DNA of 54,779 nucleotides from Candidatus Parcubacteria bacterium (GTDB lineage Bacteria; Patescibacteriota; Minisyncoccia; Phycocordibacterales; JAACPR01), in NCBI GenBank assembly GCA_041158505.1, contig JBEBBG010000010.1:1-54779 (forward strand), read 5' to 3'. A program made the translations under genes and the position numbers. Shown here in pieces: positions 54,152 to 54,779 of the stretch (position 1 is its first letter; every line of letters begins with the position of its first letter). Below the pieces are notes generated by a model, which was not told where the DNA came from, searched no databases, and worked only from the letters and a program-made list of their open reading frames with translations.

Positions 54152-54779
54152 ATGGTGTGTATAGAGAGTAAACGTGGGTATCTTCGAGCATCGCTACAGC
54201 ACATCTACCAGCATGTGCGTCAGTTGTATGCGCAGATCTTGCGAACCATCTTTCCGGATGACCCACTACTCACACAATTTCTTGCAGTATCCCCGCATGC
54301 GCTACAAACCTTAACCCGTACAGCTAGAAATGAACTCTGTGAAAGCTGTTTTCCATATAAAAATCCAATACTCCGGGCGGCAATACACGCACTCAAATAT
54401 AAAGGTGATCGGCGGGTTGCAAGAAAATACGCCACCCCGCTTGCGCGCGCCGTTATACGTCGTGTACCCTCACATGCTGTTGCCATCACCATTATTCCTA
54501 TGCCTGCCTCGCCATATCGAATGAAGCAGTATGGTTTTAATCAATGTTTGCTTCTTGCAGACGAGGTAGTACGCATCGTGCGCCAAGAGCGTCCACATAC
54601 TCGTTGGGGCATCGATACAACCACGCTCATTCGCACAGAAGGAACGATGAGCCAAACAAAGCTGCACAAAGCAGCACGAGCCGCCGCTGTGATGCACGCG
54701 TTCACAACAACCACGACCTTCGCTGGGAAAGATATTCTTATTATTGATGATGTGTGGACAACAGGAGCTACGGCCCGCG
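54152..54779 (+). CDS. comF: ComF-family phosphoribosyltransferase-like competence protein (3' end beyond window)
   Basis: Manual translation of the frame containing 54731: ...CESCF..., LKYKGDRRVA, IIPMPASPYRMKQYGFNQ, and the PRTase motif GKDILIIDDVWTTGATAR. The frame is open to the window end. Confidence 0.8.
   Translation, partial: MVCIESKRGYLRASLQHIYQHVRQLYAQILRTIFPDDPLLTQFLAVSPHALQTLTRTARNELCESCFPYKNPILRAAIHALKYKGDRRVARKYATPLARAVIRRVPSHAVAITIIPMPASPYRMKQYGFNQCLLLADEVVRIVRQERPHTRWGIDTTTLIRTEGTMSQTKLHKAARAAAVMHAFTTTTTFAGKDILIIDDVWTTGATAR

Noticed and set aside
1-54779. CRISPR arrays, insertion sequences, prophage genes, alternative genetic code (UGA recoding), rRNA, RNase P RNA or tmRNA
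   Set aside because: I saw no regularly spaced direct repeats, transposase or integrase ORFs, or phage structural genes. TGA terminates well-supported genes at family-typical lengths, so the code is standard. No conserved RNase P or tmRNA signature strings were seen. This was a visual scan only, not a covariance-model search.

Overview
This is a compact 54.8-kb bacterial chromosomal segment with about 57 protein genes and 3 tRNAs. I found no rRNA, CRISPR array, transposase or integrase. The standard genetic code fits, with TGA, TAA and TAG all terminating well-supported genes. Most genes are on the minus strand with very short or overlapping junctions.

Content:
- Housekeeping: serS, topA, gyrB, pheST, rpsB-tsf, prfA, rpmE, rpmG, rplY, miaA, gatB.
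- Central carbon metabolism: class II aldolase, PfkB kinase, split transketolase, rpe, rpiB, gap.
- Type IV pilus and competence: pilM-N-O, pilB, receiver, pilT, pilC, one pilin, dprA and a partial comF.
- Envelope and glycan genes.

Reduced protein architectures suggest a Patescibacteria/CPR-like reduced genome, which is inference only. These include a short PheS, a PheT without the OB domain, a split Tkt, a short EF-Ts and a membrane-anchored Clp-like ATPase.

Most notable observations:
1. A glycan-modification island (36857-43093) has two sulfotransferase domains. One is fused through a long coiled coil to a GT4 glycosyltransferase. Beside it lies a polyprenyl-phosphate GT2 plus GT-C-like membrane protein pair. 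The sulfotransferase genes look co-transcribed with pentose-phosphate genes.
2. An intact NlpC/P60 cysteine-hydrolase domain is inserted inside the B5 domain of PheT, followed by a leader-peptide-less C39-like peptidase.
3. Pribnow-like hexamers sit 6-12 nt upstream of many ATG codons with no Shine-Dalgarno sequence, implying leaderless expression. All three tRNA genes abut a downstream start codon by 1-7 nt.
4. A conserved 39-nt core occurs in two long A-run/T-run-flanked hairpin elements.
5. A GC3-rich two-gene cassette of unknown function sits behind a 14-bp perfect palindrome.

All calls come from reading the sequence and the ORF translations. No database search was run.
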